DNA of 64,000 nt. Source: Acidobacteriota bacterium (GTDB lineage: Bacteria > Acidobacteriota > Vicinamibacteria > Vicinamibacterales > CAVVIG01). Location: positions 5,641-69,640 of the forward strand of contig QHWJ01000237.1 in assembly GCA_003222535.1 (NCBI GenBank), read 5' to 3'. Each line of letters starts with the position of its first letter. The stretch's first letter is position 1. Below the pieces are notes generated by a model. It was not told the origin of the DNA, made no database searches, and saw nothing but the letters and a program-made list of their open reading frames with translations. Positions 1-8,387 of the stretch are shown piece by piece. Both the position numbers and the translations under genes were made by a program.

Positions 1-90
1 GTCGTACAGTTCGTACCGGCGGCCGTCTTCGGGCCATCGCTCCAGATCCGCAAAGCTCACCCGCGGAATCGCAGCCTGCACGCCGGTCAT
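1..90 (-). CDS. Uma2/DUF820-family endonuclease, N-terminus (runs off window edge)
   Basis: Manual translation MTGVQAAIPRVSFADLERWPEDGRRYELYD matches the typical Uma2 N-terminal 'dl..lPeDG.RYEl.dG' motif; not in the ORF track. Confidence 0.7.
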   Translation of the reverse strand, partial: MTGVQAAIPRVSFADLERWPEDGRRYELYD

Positions 91-329
91 TGTACATCGT
101 CGAAGTGCGAAAGCTATGCCACGCGAAATTCCTCGAGAACCGCGAAGCCAGCAAAAAAACGTCGCAGATTCTGCAGCGCTCGATGAGGCCGATAGTGGAG
201 AAAAGGAGTGTGGGACCGTGTCGAGCGGTGCGGTGGCGGGCGGATCCGTCGGCGCCGTCGTGAGCGGGGCGGGCACAGTCGTCAGCGGCCTCGACCAGCC
301 GACGGAAGTCGTCGTGACCGATGCCGACG

Positions 330-1646
330 TCAGCGGCGTGCGGGTGATGGTCCGGCGTCCCGCTCGCCGGTAATCAGACGGACGCGTCGCTGGAGCGAGA
401 AGTAGGCCCAGGCCCACTCGGTCATGACGACGAAGCGGTTGCGAAATCCTATCAGCCAGAAGATGTGGAGAAAGATCCAGAAGAGCCACGCGAAGAAGCC
501 GGAGATCTTGAGGCCGAACACGTCGCCGACCGCGGATCCCCGGCCGATGGTCGCCATGATGCCGTAGTCATGGTAGCGAAACGGCTCGAGCCCCTGCCCC
601 TGGATGGCGCGGCGGATGTTGCGCCCCGCGCGGGCGCCCTGCTGCATCGCCACCTGCGCCACGCCGGGCAGCGGCTTGCCATCCTGGACGAACGCGCAGA
701 TGTCACCGACGACGAAGATGCCGGGATGCGCGGCGAGGGCGAGCGTGGGCTCCGGCGTCACGCGGCCGACGCGGTCCAGCGGCACGCCCAGCGTTTTCGC
801 GAGCGGCGAGGCCGCCACGCCGGCCGCCCAGAGTACTGTCTCGGCGGCGATGCGCTCAATGATCTCCGGGGGCCGGGCCCCGGGGTCTGACCCCGGCGCC
901 CGGCTCCGTACTCCGCACGTGACGCCGTCGGCGTCGATGTCGACGACGACCGATTCCGTCTTCACTTCGATCCCGAGGCGTTCGAGCGCCTGCCGCGCCG
1001 CGGCGCGGAGCGGATCGGGAAACGGCCCGAGCACGTGCGGGCTACCCTCGATCAGCACGATGCGGGCGGACTCGGGGCGAATGCTCCGGAAATCCTCGAC
1101 CAGCGATTGCCGCGCGATTTCGGCGAGCGCGCCGGCAAGCTCGACGCCGGTCGGCCCGGCGCCGACGATCACGAACGTCAGCAGCCGCTGCTGCTTCTCC
1201 GGATCCGTCTCGCGCTCCGCCGCTTCGAACGCCAGCAACACACGCCGCCGCATCTCGAGCGCATCGTCCAGCGTCTTGAGCCCGGGCGCGCGCTCGGCCC
1301 ACTCGGGATGACCGAAGTACGCATGCGCCGAACCGGTGGCGACAACAAGATAGTCGTACGACAACGAATCGTGGTCGAGGATGACGCGCCGTCCGATCGG
1401 ATCGATCTCGCGCGCCGCGGCCAGCAGGACCTGGACGTTCTTCTGATGCCGCAGAATCCATCGGATCGGCGATGCAACATCGCCGGGCGACAGCGACGCT
1501 GTGGCGACCTGATAGAGGAGCGGCTGAAAGAGATGGTAGTTGTGGCGATCGAGGAGCGTGACCCGAGCGGCGGCGCCGTCGAGCGCGCGCGCCGCATGAA
1601 GCCCCGCAAAGCCGCCGCCGAGGATGACGACGTGGGGAGGGTTCAA
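330..1646 (-). CDS. ndh: Type II NADH dehydrogenase (NAD(P)/FAD-dependent oxidoreductase)
   Basis: VVILGGGFAG and IVGAGPTGVELAG Rossmann motifs, FQPLLYQVAT, LWAAGV, AQVAMQQG. Confidence 0.92.
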   Translation of the reverse strand: MNPPHVVILGGGFAGLHAARALDGAAARVTLLDRHNYHLFQPLLYQVATASLSPGDVASPIRWILRHQKNVQVLLAAAREIDPIGRRVILDHDSLSYDYLVVATGSAHAYFGHPEWAERAPGLKTLDDALEMRRRVLLAFEAAERETDPEKQQRLLTFVIVGAGPTGVELAGALAEIARQSLVEDFRSIRPESARIVLIEGSPHVLGPFPDPLRAAARQALERLGIEVKTESVVVDIDADGVTCGVRSRAPGSDPGARPPEIIERIAAETVLWAAGVAASPLAKTLGVPLDRVGRVTPEPTLALAAHPGIFVVGDICAFVQDGKPLPGVAQVAMQQGARAGRNIRRAIQGQGLEPFRYHDYGIMATIGRGSAVGDVFGLKISGFFAWLFWIFLHIFWLIGFRNRFVVMTEWAWAYFSLQRRVRLITGERDAGPSPARR

Positions 1647-1678
1647 GGTTCAGCGTTCACAGTTCAGCGTGTCCTTAA

Positions 1679-1770
1679 CCACGAAAACACGAAGCTCAAC
1701 GAAGAACGCGAAGAAGGCTTTGTACAAAGAATTCTCTTCGTGATCTTCGTTGGCTTTCGTGCCTTCGTGG
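1679..1770. repeat. Tandem inverted repeat of about 9-nt (C/A)ACGAAG-type units around a central palindrome
   Basis: Left arm CCACGAAAACACGAAGCTCAACGAAGAACGCGAAG, right arm CTTCGTGATCTTCGTTGGCTTTCGTGCCTTCGTGG, centre CTTTGTACAAAG (1718-1729). Confidence 0.8.
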
Positions 1771-1831
1771 TGGCTTTGTCGCTCTGCATTGCAGGTTCCG
1801 AGTTCCGGGTACGAAATGCTATCGTATGCGG

Positions 1832-3886
1832 ATGGCGACGCCAGGCAAACTTGATCGTTCTGCACGCGAAGCGCTCGGCGGTCCGGTGTCCGTCGTGGAG
1901 ACGGCGTGCCCGCTCGATTGTCCCGATGCTTGCAGCCTCGCAGTCACGGTGCAGCAGGGCAAGGTGGTCACGATTGACGGCTCGCACAGGAACCCGGTGA
2001 CGGACGGCTACATCTGCGCCAAGGTGCGGAAATTCGGCGAGCGCGTCTACGGGCCGGATCGGTTGCTGTATCCTGCGGTTCGCAGCGGACGCAAAGGCGC
2101 AGGCACGTTCAAGCGCGTGTCGTGGGACGAGGCGCTCGAGATGGTGGCCTCCCGGTTCGAGAAGGCCAAAGCGGAGACCGGCGGCGCCTCGATTCTTCCG
2201 TACTCCTACGGAGGATCCAACGGACTGCTCACCCAGGACAACATCGACGCGCAGCTCTGGCGTCGCTTCGGCACGTCGCGGCTCGCCCGCACGGTGTGCG
2301 CGGCGCCGACTGGCGCGGCGAACACGGCGTTATACGGCAAGATGCCGTCAATCACCTATCAGGACTATCCCGAGGCGCAACTGATCATCCTGTGGGGCGT
2401 GAATCCGTCCGCGTCCGGCATTCACCTCGTGCCGTACGTGCGCGAGGCGCAGAAGCGGGGGGCGACGCTCGTGGTGATCGATCCGCGGACGACGCCGCTG
2501 GCACGGTCGGCGAGTGTGCATCTCGCCGTCAAACCCGGCACCGACGTCGTCGTGGCGTTAGCCATTCACCGATACCTCTTCGCGAACGGGCACGCAGACG
2601 AGGCGTTCCTGCGAGCGCACACGCACGGGGCGGGCACGCTTTGCGAGCGCGCCGAGCCATGGACGTTCGAGCGGGCGGCCGGCGTCGCCGGCGTCGACCC
2701 GGCTCTGCTCGAACGGGTCGCCGAGTTGTACGCCAGGAGCACGCCCGCCCTCGTGCGTTGCGGGTGGGGCCTCGAGCGGAATCGGAACGGCGGCAACGCC
2801 GCGATGGCCGTCCTCGCGCTGCCGGCGGTCGGCGGCAAGTTCGGTGTCCGCGGCGGCGGCTACTCGATGAGCAACTCCGCGTCGTGGAACATCGACCGCA
2901 CGTGGATCGGCACGGCCGAGCCCGACACGCGTGTGGTGAACATGAACCATCTCGGGCGCGCGTTGACGGAGTACGACGACCCGGCCGTCAACGTGCTCTT
3001 CGTCTACAACTGCAATCCCGCGGTCACCGTTCCGGATCAGCGGCGCATCCTGCACGGTCTCGAGCGCGAGGATCTGTTCACGGTCGTCTTCGAGCAGGTG
3101 ATGACGGATACCGCGTTGTACGCCGACGTCCTGCTGCCGGCGACGACGTTCCTCGAAGGCTACGATTTCGCGAAGGGCTACGGCCCGATCAGCCTGGATC
3201 TCGGGAAGGCGGTCATCGATGCGGTGGGCGAGGCACGCTCCAACGCGGATGTCTTCGGCGACCTCTGCTCTCGCCTCGGCCTGTTGACCAGCGATGAGCC
3301 GGCGGGCGAGCTCGACCTGCTCGTCCACGTCCTCGACCGGCTGCCGGAGTCAATCGGCTCCGAGCTGCGCGCGGGCGGACTGCCGTCGCCGCCGTGCGGG
3401 TTTGCGCCGATCCAGTTCGTCGACGTCTTTCCGAACACGCCGGACCAGAAAGCCGATCTTTTCCCCGCCGCGCTGGATCCGGGCACGCCGATGGGCCTCT
3501 ATCGTTTCCAGCCGGACCCGGCGACCGACCGTTATCCGCTTGCGTTGATCTCTCCCGCGAGCGAGCGGACGATCAGCTCGACGCTCGGCGAGCTGCCGCG
3601 GCCGGACGTCAAGCTCCTCATGCACCCAGACGACGCGCGGGCGAGGGGGCTGGCGGAGAACGATCTCGTGCGGATCTTCAACGAGCTCGGCGAGGTGCAC
3701 TGCACGCTCACCGTCGCGCCCGACGTCCGGCCGGGCACCGTCAGCCTGCCGAAAGGCACCTGGCGCCGCAGCACGCGGAACAACACGACGGGGACGGCCC
3801 TCGTGCCGGACACGCTCACGGATCTCGGCGGCGGGGCATGTTTCAATGACGCTCGCGTTCAGGTCGGCTCGCTCGCGAACGCATAG
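1832..3886 (+). CDS. Molybdopterin-dependent oxidoreductase (DMSO reductase superfamily)
   Basis: CPLDCPDAC..CAK Fe-S motif, RLLYP, WDEAL, ADVLLPATTFLE, C-terminal HPDDA binding domain; start set at ATG 1832 after TATCGT. Confidence 0.9.
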   Translation: MATPGKLDRSAREALGGPVSVVETACPLDCPDACSLAVTVQQGKVVTIDGSHRNPVTDGYICAKVRKFGERVYGPDRLLYPAVRSGRKGAGTFKRVSWDEALEMVASRFEKAKAETGGASILPYSYGGSNGLLTQDNIDAQLWRRFGTSRLARTVCAAPTGAANTALYGKMPSITYQDYPEAQLIILWGVNPSASGIHLVPYVREAQKRGATLVVIDPRTTPLARSASVHLAVKPGTDVVVALAIHRYLFANGHADEAFLRAHTHGAGTLCERAEPWTFERAAGVAGVDPALLERVAELYARSTPALVRCGWGLERNRNGGNAAMAVLALPAVGGKFGVRGGGYSMSNSASWNIDRTWIGTAEPDTRVVNMNHLGRALTEYDDPAVNVLFVYNCNPAVTVPDQRRILHGLEREDLFTVVFEQVMTDTALYADVLLPATTFLEGYDFAKGYGPISLDLGKAVIDAVGEARSNADVFGDLCSRLGLLTSDEPAGELDLLVHVLDRLPESIGSELRAGGLPSPPCGFAPIQFVDVFPNTPDQKADLFPAALDPGTPMGLYRFQPDPATDRYPLALISPASERTISSTLGELPRPDVKLLMHPDDARARGLAENDLVRIFNELGEVHCTLTVAPDVRPGTVSLPKGTWRRSTRNNTTGTALVPDTLTDLGGGACFNDARVQVGSLANA

Positions 3887-4007
3887 CCACGAAACAGGCG
3901 AAACACACCAACCGAAAACCGCGACATCGTTCATGTCGAGCGCGAGCCTTTCACCCGAGCGTGCCTGGCGAACGTCGCCCGCCTCCGCGCGCCCGATGAT
4001 TCGGCGA

Positions 4008-4052
4008 GCTGCGGCGAGGCTCGCCAAAGCGCCGAAGGCGCGACGGCGGCAG
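4008..4052. repeat. REP-like palindrome (GCGCCGAAGGCGC core)
   Basis: CGCCAAAGCGCCGAAGGCGCGACGGCG hairpin between convergent genes. Confidence 0.55.
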
Positions 4053-4065
4053 CCATCAGCCATTC

Positions 4066-4365
4066 TTAGAACGCCTGTCCGATGCTGAAGTGAAAGCGGA
4101 TGCGGCGTGTCTGGGCGTTTCCGTTCACGAGCAGTCCGGGCATCGGATTGAGCTGATAGCCCACGTCGATGCGCCTGGCGCCAACCGGCGTCTGATACCG
4201 GAATCCGGGACCGATCGCGTACCGCAGCTCGCCCCGCTCGAAGGCCCACGGATCGGCCCACACGTTGCCGGCGTCGACGAACAGCACGCCGCCGAAGTTG
4301 CCACTCAGCATCGCGCGCAGCTCCGCGCTGAACGCCAGCATGCTGTCGCCGCCGATAGGGAGGCC
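4066..4365 (-). pseudogene. C-terminal fragment of an Omp85 (BamA/TamA) family beta-barrel
   Basis: PIGG..ELR..FVDAGNVW..LRYAIGPGFRYQTPVG..FHFSIGQAF; only about 100 aa with no credible start. Confidence 0.8.
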
Positions 4366-4558
4366 GATCCGCAGGCAACGGCGGAAATTGCGAGGGCGAC
4401 GAGGCCGAGAACGCGGACCTTGGCACACATGGCTGTGACGAGAGGACCATAACCCGTGCCGGTGCCTTTCGCCTTCTGCTTTCCCTTTTAACATCCAACT
4501 TGACTGACTTCTGACGAACTTTTGAGTCTCGCGTGCGATGACGCCTTATCGACCGCGC

Positions 4559-5488
4559 TCAATGGCGCGCCGTTTGCCGCGCCTCCGCAGGAGCGCCTGG
4601 CGGGACGGCCCCTCCAAGCACGCTGAACGCAACAGTGCCCCTGCCTTTGCGTTTGACGTCGTACATCACTGCATCCGCGGCGTCGACCGCTTTTGCCACC
4701 GACACGTCCGGATTCAAGAATGTGACGACTCCAATGCTGAAGCCAACCTCCAACTTACTCGAGGTGAGAGCCTTCTGAAGCCCGCGAGCGAGGTTCGCGA
4801 TAACCTCCTGCGCGCCGCGGTTGTCGGTACCGGGTAGGACCAGGGCGAATTCGTCGCCTCCAATCCGTGCCGCGGTGTCTGCCAGGCGCACTGAGTCTTT
4901 CAACACCCGGCCTGTCGTTCGCAGCACCCGATCTCCTTCGTTGTGACCATAAGTGTCGTTTACGGCCTTGAAGTTATTCAAGTCGACATAAGCAAGCGTG
5001 ACCGCGGTCTGGTGACGCTGTGCAAGTGCAAGGTCGTGCTCCAGTCTGTCCTCGAACGCACGACGGCCGTACAGTTCGGTCAAGCCGTCCGTCTCAGCCA
5101 GATGCCGCTGATGGAGAGAGCTGGCCCGGAGGGCAGTCAACAGCAAACTGGTGACGAGACAGAATGCGAATCGGATGAACGCGTTCCAAATCGGGATTGT
5201 GTGATGAGAATACTGGCTGTCGGAAACGATGTCTGAGATGTACCAGCCAACGCCGAAAATCAATGAGATGGCAACGCCCGCCCAACGTCCGACATACCAG
5301 GCTGCCACCGCGAATGGTCCGAGGTAGAAAAAGGAGACCGAGGCTGAGATTTCTTGTCCCGTGAAATAGTCCACACCTCCGATAACGACGACGCCGAAGG
5401 CTGCCAATCCCAACATCACGGCGCGAGCATGGCGATCCAGGGACCGATTCAAGAACGCTAGCGCACGTATCAGGCTTCGGCGGGTCAC
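4559..5488 (-). CDS. Membrane-bound diguanylate cyclase (GGDEF)
   Basis: N-terminal TM helices, TDGLT, FKAVNDTYGH, RIGGDEF; GTG 5488 overlaps the upstream stop (GTGA). Confidence 0.88.
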   Translation of the reverse strand: MTRRSLIRALAFLNRSLDRHARAVMLGLAAFGVVVIGGVDYFTGQEISASVSFFYLGPFAVAAWYVGRWAGVAISLIFGVGWYISDIVSDSQYSHHTIPIWNAFIRFAFCLVTSLLLTALRASSLHQRHLAETDGLTELYGRRAFEDRLEHDLALAQRHQTAVTLAYVDLNNFKAVNDTYGHNEGDRVLRTTGRVLKDSVRLADTAARIGGDEFALVLPGTDNRGAQEVIANLARGLQKALTSSKLEVGFSIGVVTFLNPDVSVAKAVDAADAVMYDVKRKGRGTVAFSVLGGAVPPGAPAEARQTARH

Positions 5489-7221
5489 CTCAAATTCACC
5501 ACCAGCGCAGCGCGGCGGTTGAGCCGGCGCGTTTCTTCGCGCGAGTTGTCGTACTTCGGCCGCTCCTCGCCGTAACTCACCGTGCGCAGCCGGTCGGCCG
5601 TGACGCCGCGGCTCACCAGGTAGTCCTTGACGGCGTTCGCGCGGCGATCGCCGAGGGCGAGGTTGTATTCGGCCGTGCCGATGCTGCAGGTGTGGCCTTC
5701 GATCTCGACCCGCAACGTCGCGTTCTCCCGCATGGCCGTGACCGCCTCGTCCAGCACCCGGGTCGCTTCCGGCCGCAGCGAGTAGCGGTCGAAGTCGAAA
5801 TACACGTCCTCGAATGTGTAGGTCCGCACCGGCGGCCGCGTCACCTGGATGTTGACGGTGTCGGACGCCGTCTTGTTGTCGGTCGGGCACGTCACGGTGA
5901 CCGTCACCGGCACGCTGCCTTCCTGCTGCGGCGCCGTCCACAGCGTCTGCCGTTCCGCCGGCTGCGCCAGCGTACCGATCGGTGCGGTCCACCGATACGT
6001 GACGGAGCAGCTCGTCGAGTCCTGCACGGTCGCGGTCACCGTGGAGCTCTTGCCCACCTCCACTGAACATGGATTGCAATCCGCTTTCACGGTCAGGTTG
6101 TGCACCGGCGCCGGCAGCGGCGGCGGGGGTGGCGGCGGCGGCGGCGGGGGCGGCGGCGGCACCCAGACTCGCACGCCCGGGTGATACCCGATCCGGAACT
6201 GCCAGTCGTAATAGTCGCCGAGGAGATCACCGGTGTCGGTGAAGCGCGTGTCGCGCGCCTTCGAGGGCACATTCCAGCTCGCACCGGCGCCGAAGAAGAA
6301 ACCTTTCTTCGACTGGACTGTAAGGCCGACGGTCGCCCGCGTGATGTGCTCCGTGTCGGATAGCAGCGGCGAGATGGTTCCATCGGTGCCGACGATGCGC
6401 GAACCTGTAATCGTCGCGCTGTCGCCCGACGGCACGTAGCCGTTCAGCTCGCCGGTGACCCGCACGATATTGCGGGATGGGAAGCCAATGCCGGTTCCCC
6501 AGCGGAACGCACCCTGGGCGGTATCGAAGCCGTCGGGCTTGCCGCGGAACTCGTAACCGCCGAAGCCGGCCCACTCGACCGTCCGCGCGAGCTCCTTGCT
6601 CGCGATCAGGTCCACCGAGACGTCGGCCTTGCCCGTGCCGTTGCCGGCGTCCTTGTCGGCGGTCGGCAGCTTGACCATCCCGCGCAGCGCGATCGCGGCC
6701 GGATTGAGGCGATACTCGGACCACAGGTTGAGCTTGGCGCCGGCGTAAAAGTCGCCGAGGTTATCGCCGGTCCAATGCTGGTTCACGCGCGGATAGCGGT
6801 CGATTACTCCGCCGAGGCTCGAGTCGTTGATGAAGAGCGGGTATGTGTCCCGGTCGATGCGCGTGTCGAAGAGGAAGGCGCCAAAGATCTCCGCGCGATC
6901 GCCGACGCCGACGCCGAACGTGCCGTCGAAGTCGCCGACGTTGGTGTACCCCTGCACCCAGTTCGTGCCGCGCCGATACCCGCTAACCGACCACCTTCCG
7001 CGGGGCAGCACTTCGGCGGTGGGCACAAACCACAACCCAGTGTCGCCGAAGAACGTCGTCGTGGCCGGTCGTGTTTGGTCCGCCGTTGCGGTCGACGAGG
7101 ACTGTGTTTGGCTGGTGGTGGGACTCTGCCCCGTGGATGTCCCTGAAGACCCTGTTTGTCCGCGGGCGCTCGCTGCTGCAACGAGCGCCAGCAGACAGAC
7201 CATGGCTGCGCGTCTTGCCAT
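5485..7221 (-). CDS. OmpA-family protein (beta-barrel, poly-Pro linker, Ig/PKD-like domain, OmpA_C)
   Basis: Signal peptide, long Pro run, VYFDFD..IEGHT..YNLALGDRRANAV..SYGEERP..NRRA. Confidence 0.9.
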   Translation of the reverse strand: MARRAAMVCLLALVAAASARGQTGSSGTSTGQSPTTSQTQSSSTATADQTRPATTTFFGDTGLWFVPTAEVLPRGRWSVSGYRRGTNWVQGYTNVGDFDGTFGVGVGDRAEIFGAFLFDTRIDRDTYPLFINDSSLGGVIDRYPRVNQHWTGDNLGDFYAGAKLNLWSEYRLNPAAIALRGMVKLPTADKDAGNGTGKADVSVDLIASKELARTVEWAGFGGYEFRGKPDGFDTAQGAFRWGTGIGFPSRNIVRVTGELNGYVPSGDSATITGSRIVGTDGTISPLLSDTEHITRATVGLTVQSKKGFFFGAGASWNVPSKARDTRFTDTGDLLGDYYDWQFRIGYHPGVRVWVPPPPPPPPPPPPPPLPAPVHNLTVKADCNPCSVEVGKSSTVTATVQDSTSCSVTYRWTAPIGTLAQPAERQTLWTAPQQEGSVPVTVTVTCPTDNKTASDTVNIQVTRPPVRTYTFEDVYFDFDRYSLRPEATRVLDEAVTAMRENATLRVEIEGHTCSIGTAEYNLALGDRRANAVKDYLVSRGVTADRLRTVSYGEERPKYDNSREETRRLNRRAALVVNLR

Positions 7222-7265
7222 TGTTGGTCGCCTCCAAAGTCGCCGTCAGCGATCGAGCGTGTCGT

Positions 7266-7526
7266 TCATTCACCACGATTCGTAGCCCCGCCGTCATCGG
7301 CGGCTTCGGGACCCGGCGTCGCGTCCGACGGGACGACGAGGCGACCCCTCCCGCCACGGCTGACCTGGCCGCCTTTCCGGCCTGCGTTGCGGGCTTCGTC
7401 TGCGGTCCACTCATGGGCCGTGCCCTTTTCGTGCGCCGCCCGCCCCCCTTTGCTCGCGATCTCCCGCTGCTTTTCGGCGGACATCGACGCGAACCCTCGT
7501 CGCTCTTTGCGTTCTGATGTATTCAC
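7266..7526 (-). CDS. KGG-repeat stress-induced protein (YciG/Con-10-like)
   Basis: RGFASMSAEKQREIASKGG..AHEWTADEARNAGRKGG; GGAGG RBS upstream. Confidence 0.9.
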   Translation of the reverse strand: MNTSERKERRGFASMSAEKQREIASKGGRAAHEKGTAHEWTADEARNAGRKGGQVSRGGRGRLVVPSDATPGPEAADDGGATNRGE

Positions 7527-7605
7527 CGCTAGGCCCTCCGTCTATTTACTGACACGGCATTCGAATCGCGTGCTCCCGTGCAGTACCAACGCTGCCCCAT
7601 AAGTC

Positions 7606-7621
7606 ATCAAAGTCTGTGCCC
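7606..7621 (-). promoter_or_regulatory. Putative sigma-54 promoter
   Basis: GGGCACAGACTTTGAT vs consensus TGGCACN5TTGCW (GA instead of GC at -12), about 80 nt upstream of the KGG gene. Confidence 0.4.
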
Positions 7622-7918
7622 GTCGGGACGTTTGGCCCTTTACCGTAAATGCTTGATTTAGTGACGATTTCGCGCGGGGTCGCGAAACACAGGGGCGCAG
7701 TGTTGCAGCAGTTTGCTACAGAAGGGCTGGTAAAGGTAGCGATTGACTGTCGAGTTTGCCCCTAACAGCCGGTGGTAGGGAATCTCGAGACTCGGAGGGG
7801 ATCTGATTCTGTTCGCCTGGCAGCCGAATGCCCTAAATTGCCCGTCGATCGGCAGACGTTGGCCAGCCGATTCCCCTTGGTTTGCGCGGGCTCTGGCGCG
7901 AGGCCTGGGAGCGGCGGG

Positions 7919-8254
7919 CTATTTGGACTGCTGCGGCACGTAACCAGGCGGCAGCGCGGCGCCGTCGCCGAAGAAGAAATCCTCCATGTGCTTGGCGACG
8001 AGATCCTGTGCTTCCTTCTGCCACGGCATGAGCCGGTACTCGTTGAGGATCATCTTCATGCGCTCCTCCCAGAGCTTCCAGGCATCTTTCGAGACGTGGT
8101 CGAAAATGCGCTGACCGAGCTCGCCGGGCCACGGCACCGAATCGAGGCCGGGCAGCTCCTTCTGGAATTTCACGCACATGACCTTGCGGCCGCTCTCGTT
8201 GCCGGCGGCGCCGGACGGGGCCGAGTGTGAGGTATGTCCGCAGGAATCAGCCAT
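7919..8254 (-). CDS. yggX: Fe(II)-trafficking / oxidative damage protection protein
   Basis: RKVMCVKFQKELPGL..PWPGELGQRIFDHVSKDAW..MILNEYRL..FFFG..GYVP. Confidence 0.9.
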   Translation of the reverse strand: MADSCGHTSHSAPSGAAGNESGRKVMCVKFQKELPGLDSVPWPGELGQRIFDHVSKDAWKLWEERMKMILNEYRLMPWQKEAQDLVAKHMEDFFFGDGAALPPGYVPQQSK

Positions 8255-8387
8255 GGTGCAGATTGTAGTGTATTTGCGTCCGGGACCATGTCCGACGCTC
8301 CCGGTAAGCGGGCTCCGGCGAAAAGCGGGCCGAATTCGCGAGTCGTTCCGCGCGAAGCGCGGCTGCTACGAGCCCGCGAGGCACGCC

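Noticed and set aside
106-121. Sigma-54-like TGGCATAGCTTTCGCA upstream of the Uma2 gene
   Set aside because: GG-N10-GC spacing fits, but the -12 element is weak and a TACAAT leaderless start explains the gene equally well.
5489-6079. N-terminal extension of the 506-aa GGDEF ORF
   Set aside because: Alternative frame of the OmpA gene; the coupled GTG at 5488 is the better start.
6113-6161. GGC-rich run in ompA as a contingency repeat
   Set aside because: Ordinary poly-proline linker with mixed codons.
7630-7915. Relatively AT-rich intergenic region as an ncRNA or riboswitch
   Set aside because: No recognisable conserved RNA motif by eye; an Infernal/Rfam scan would be needed.
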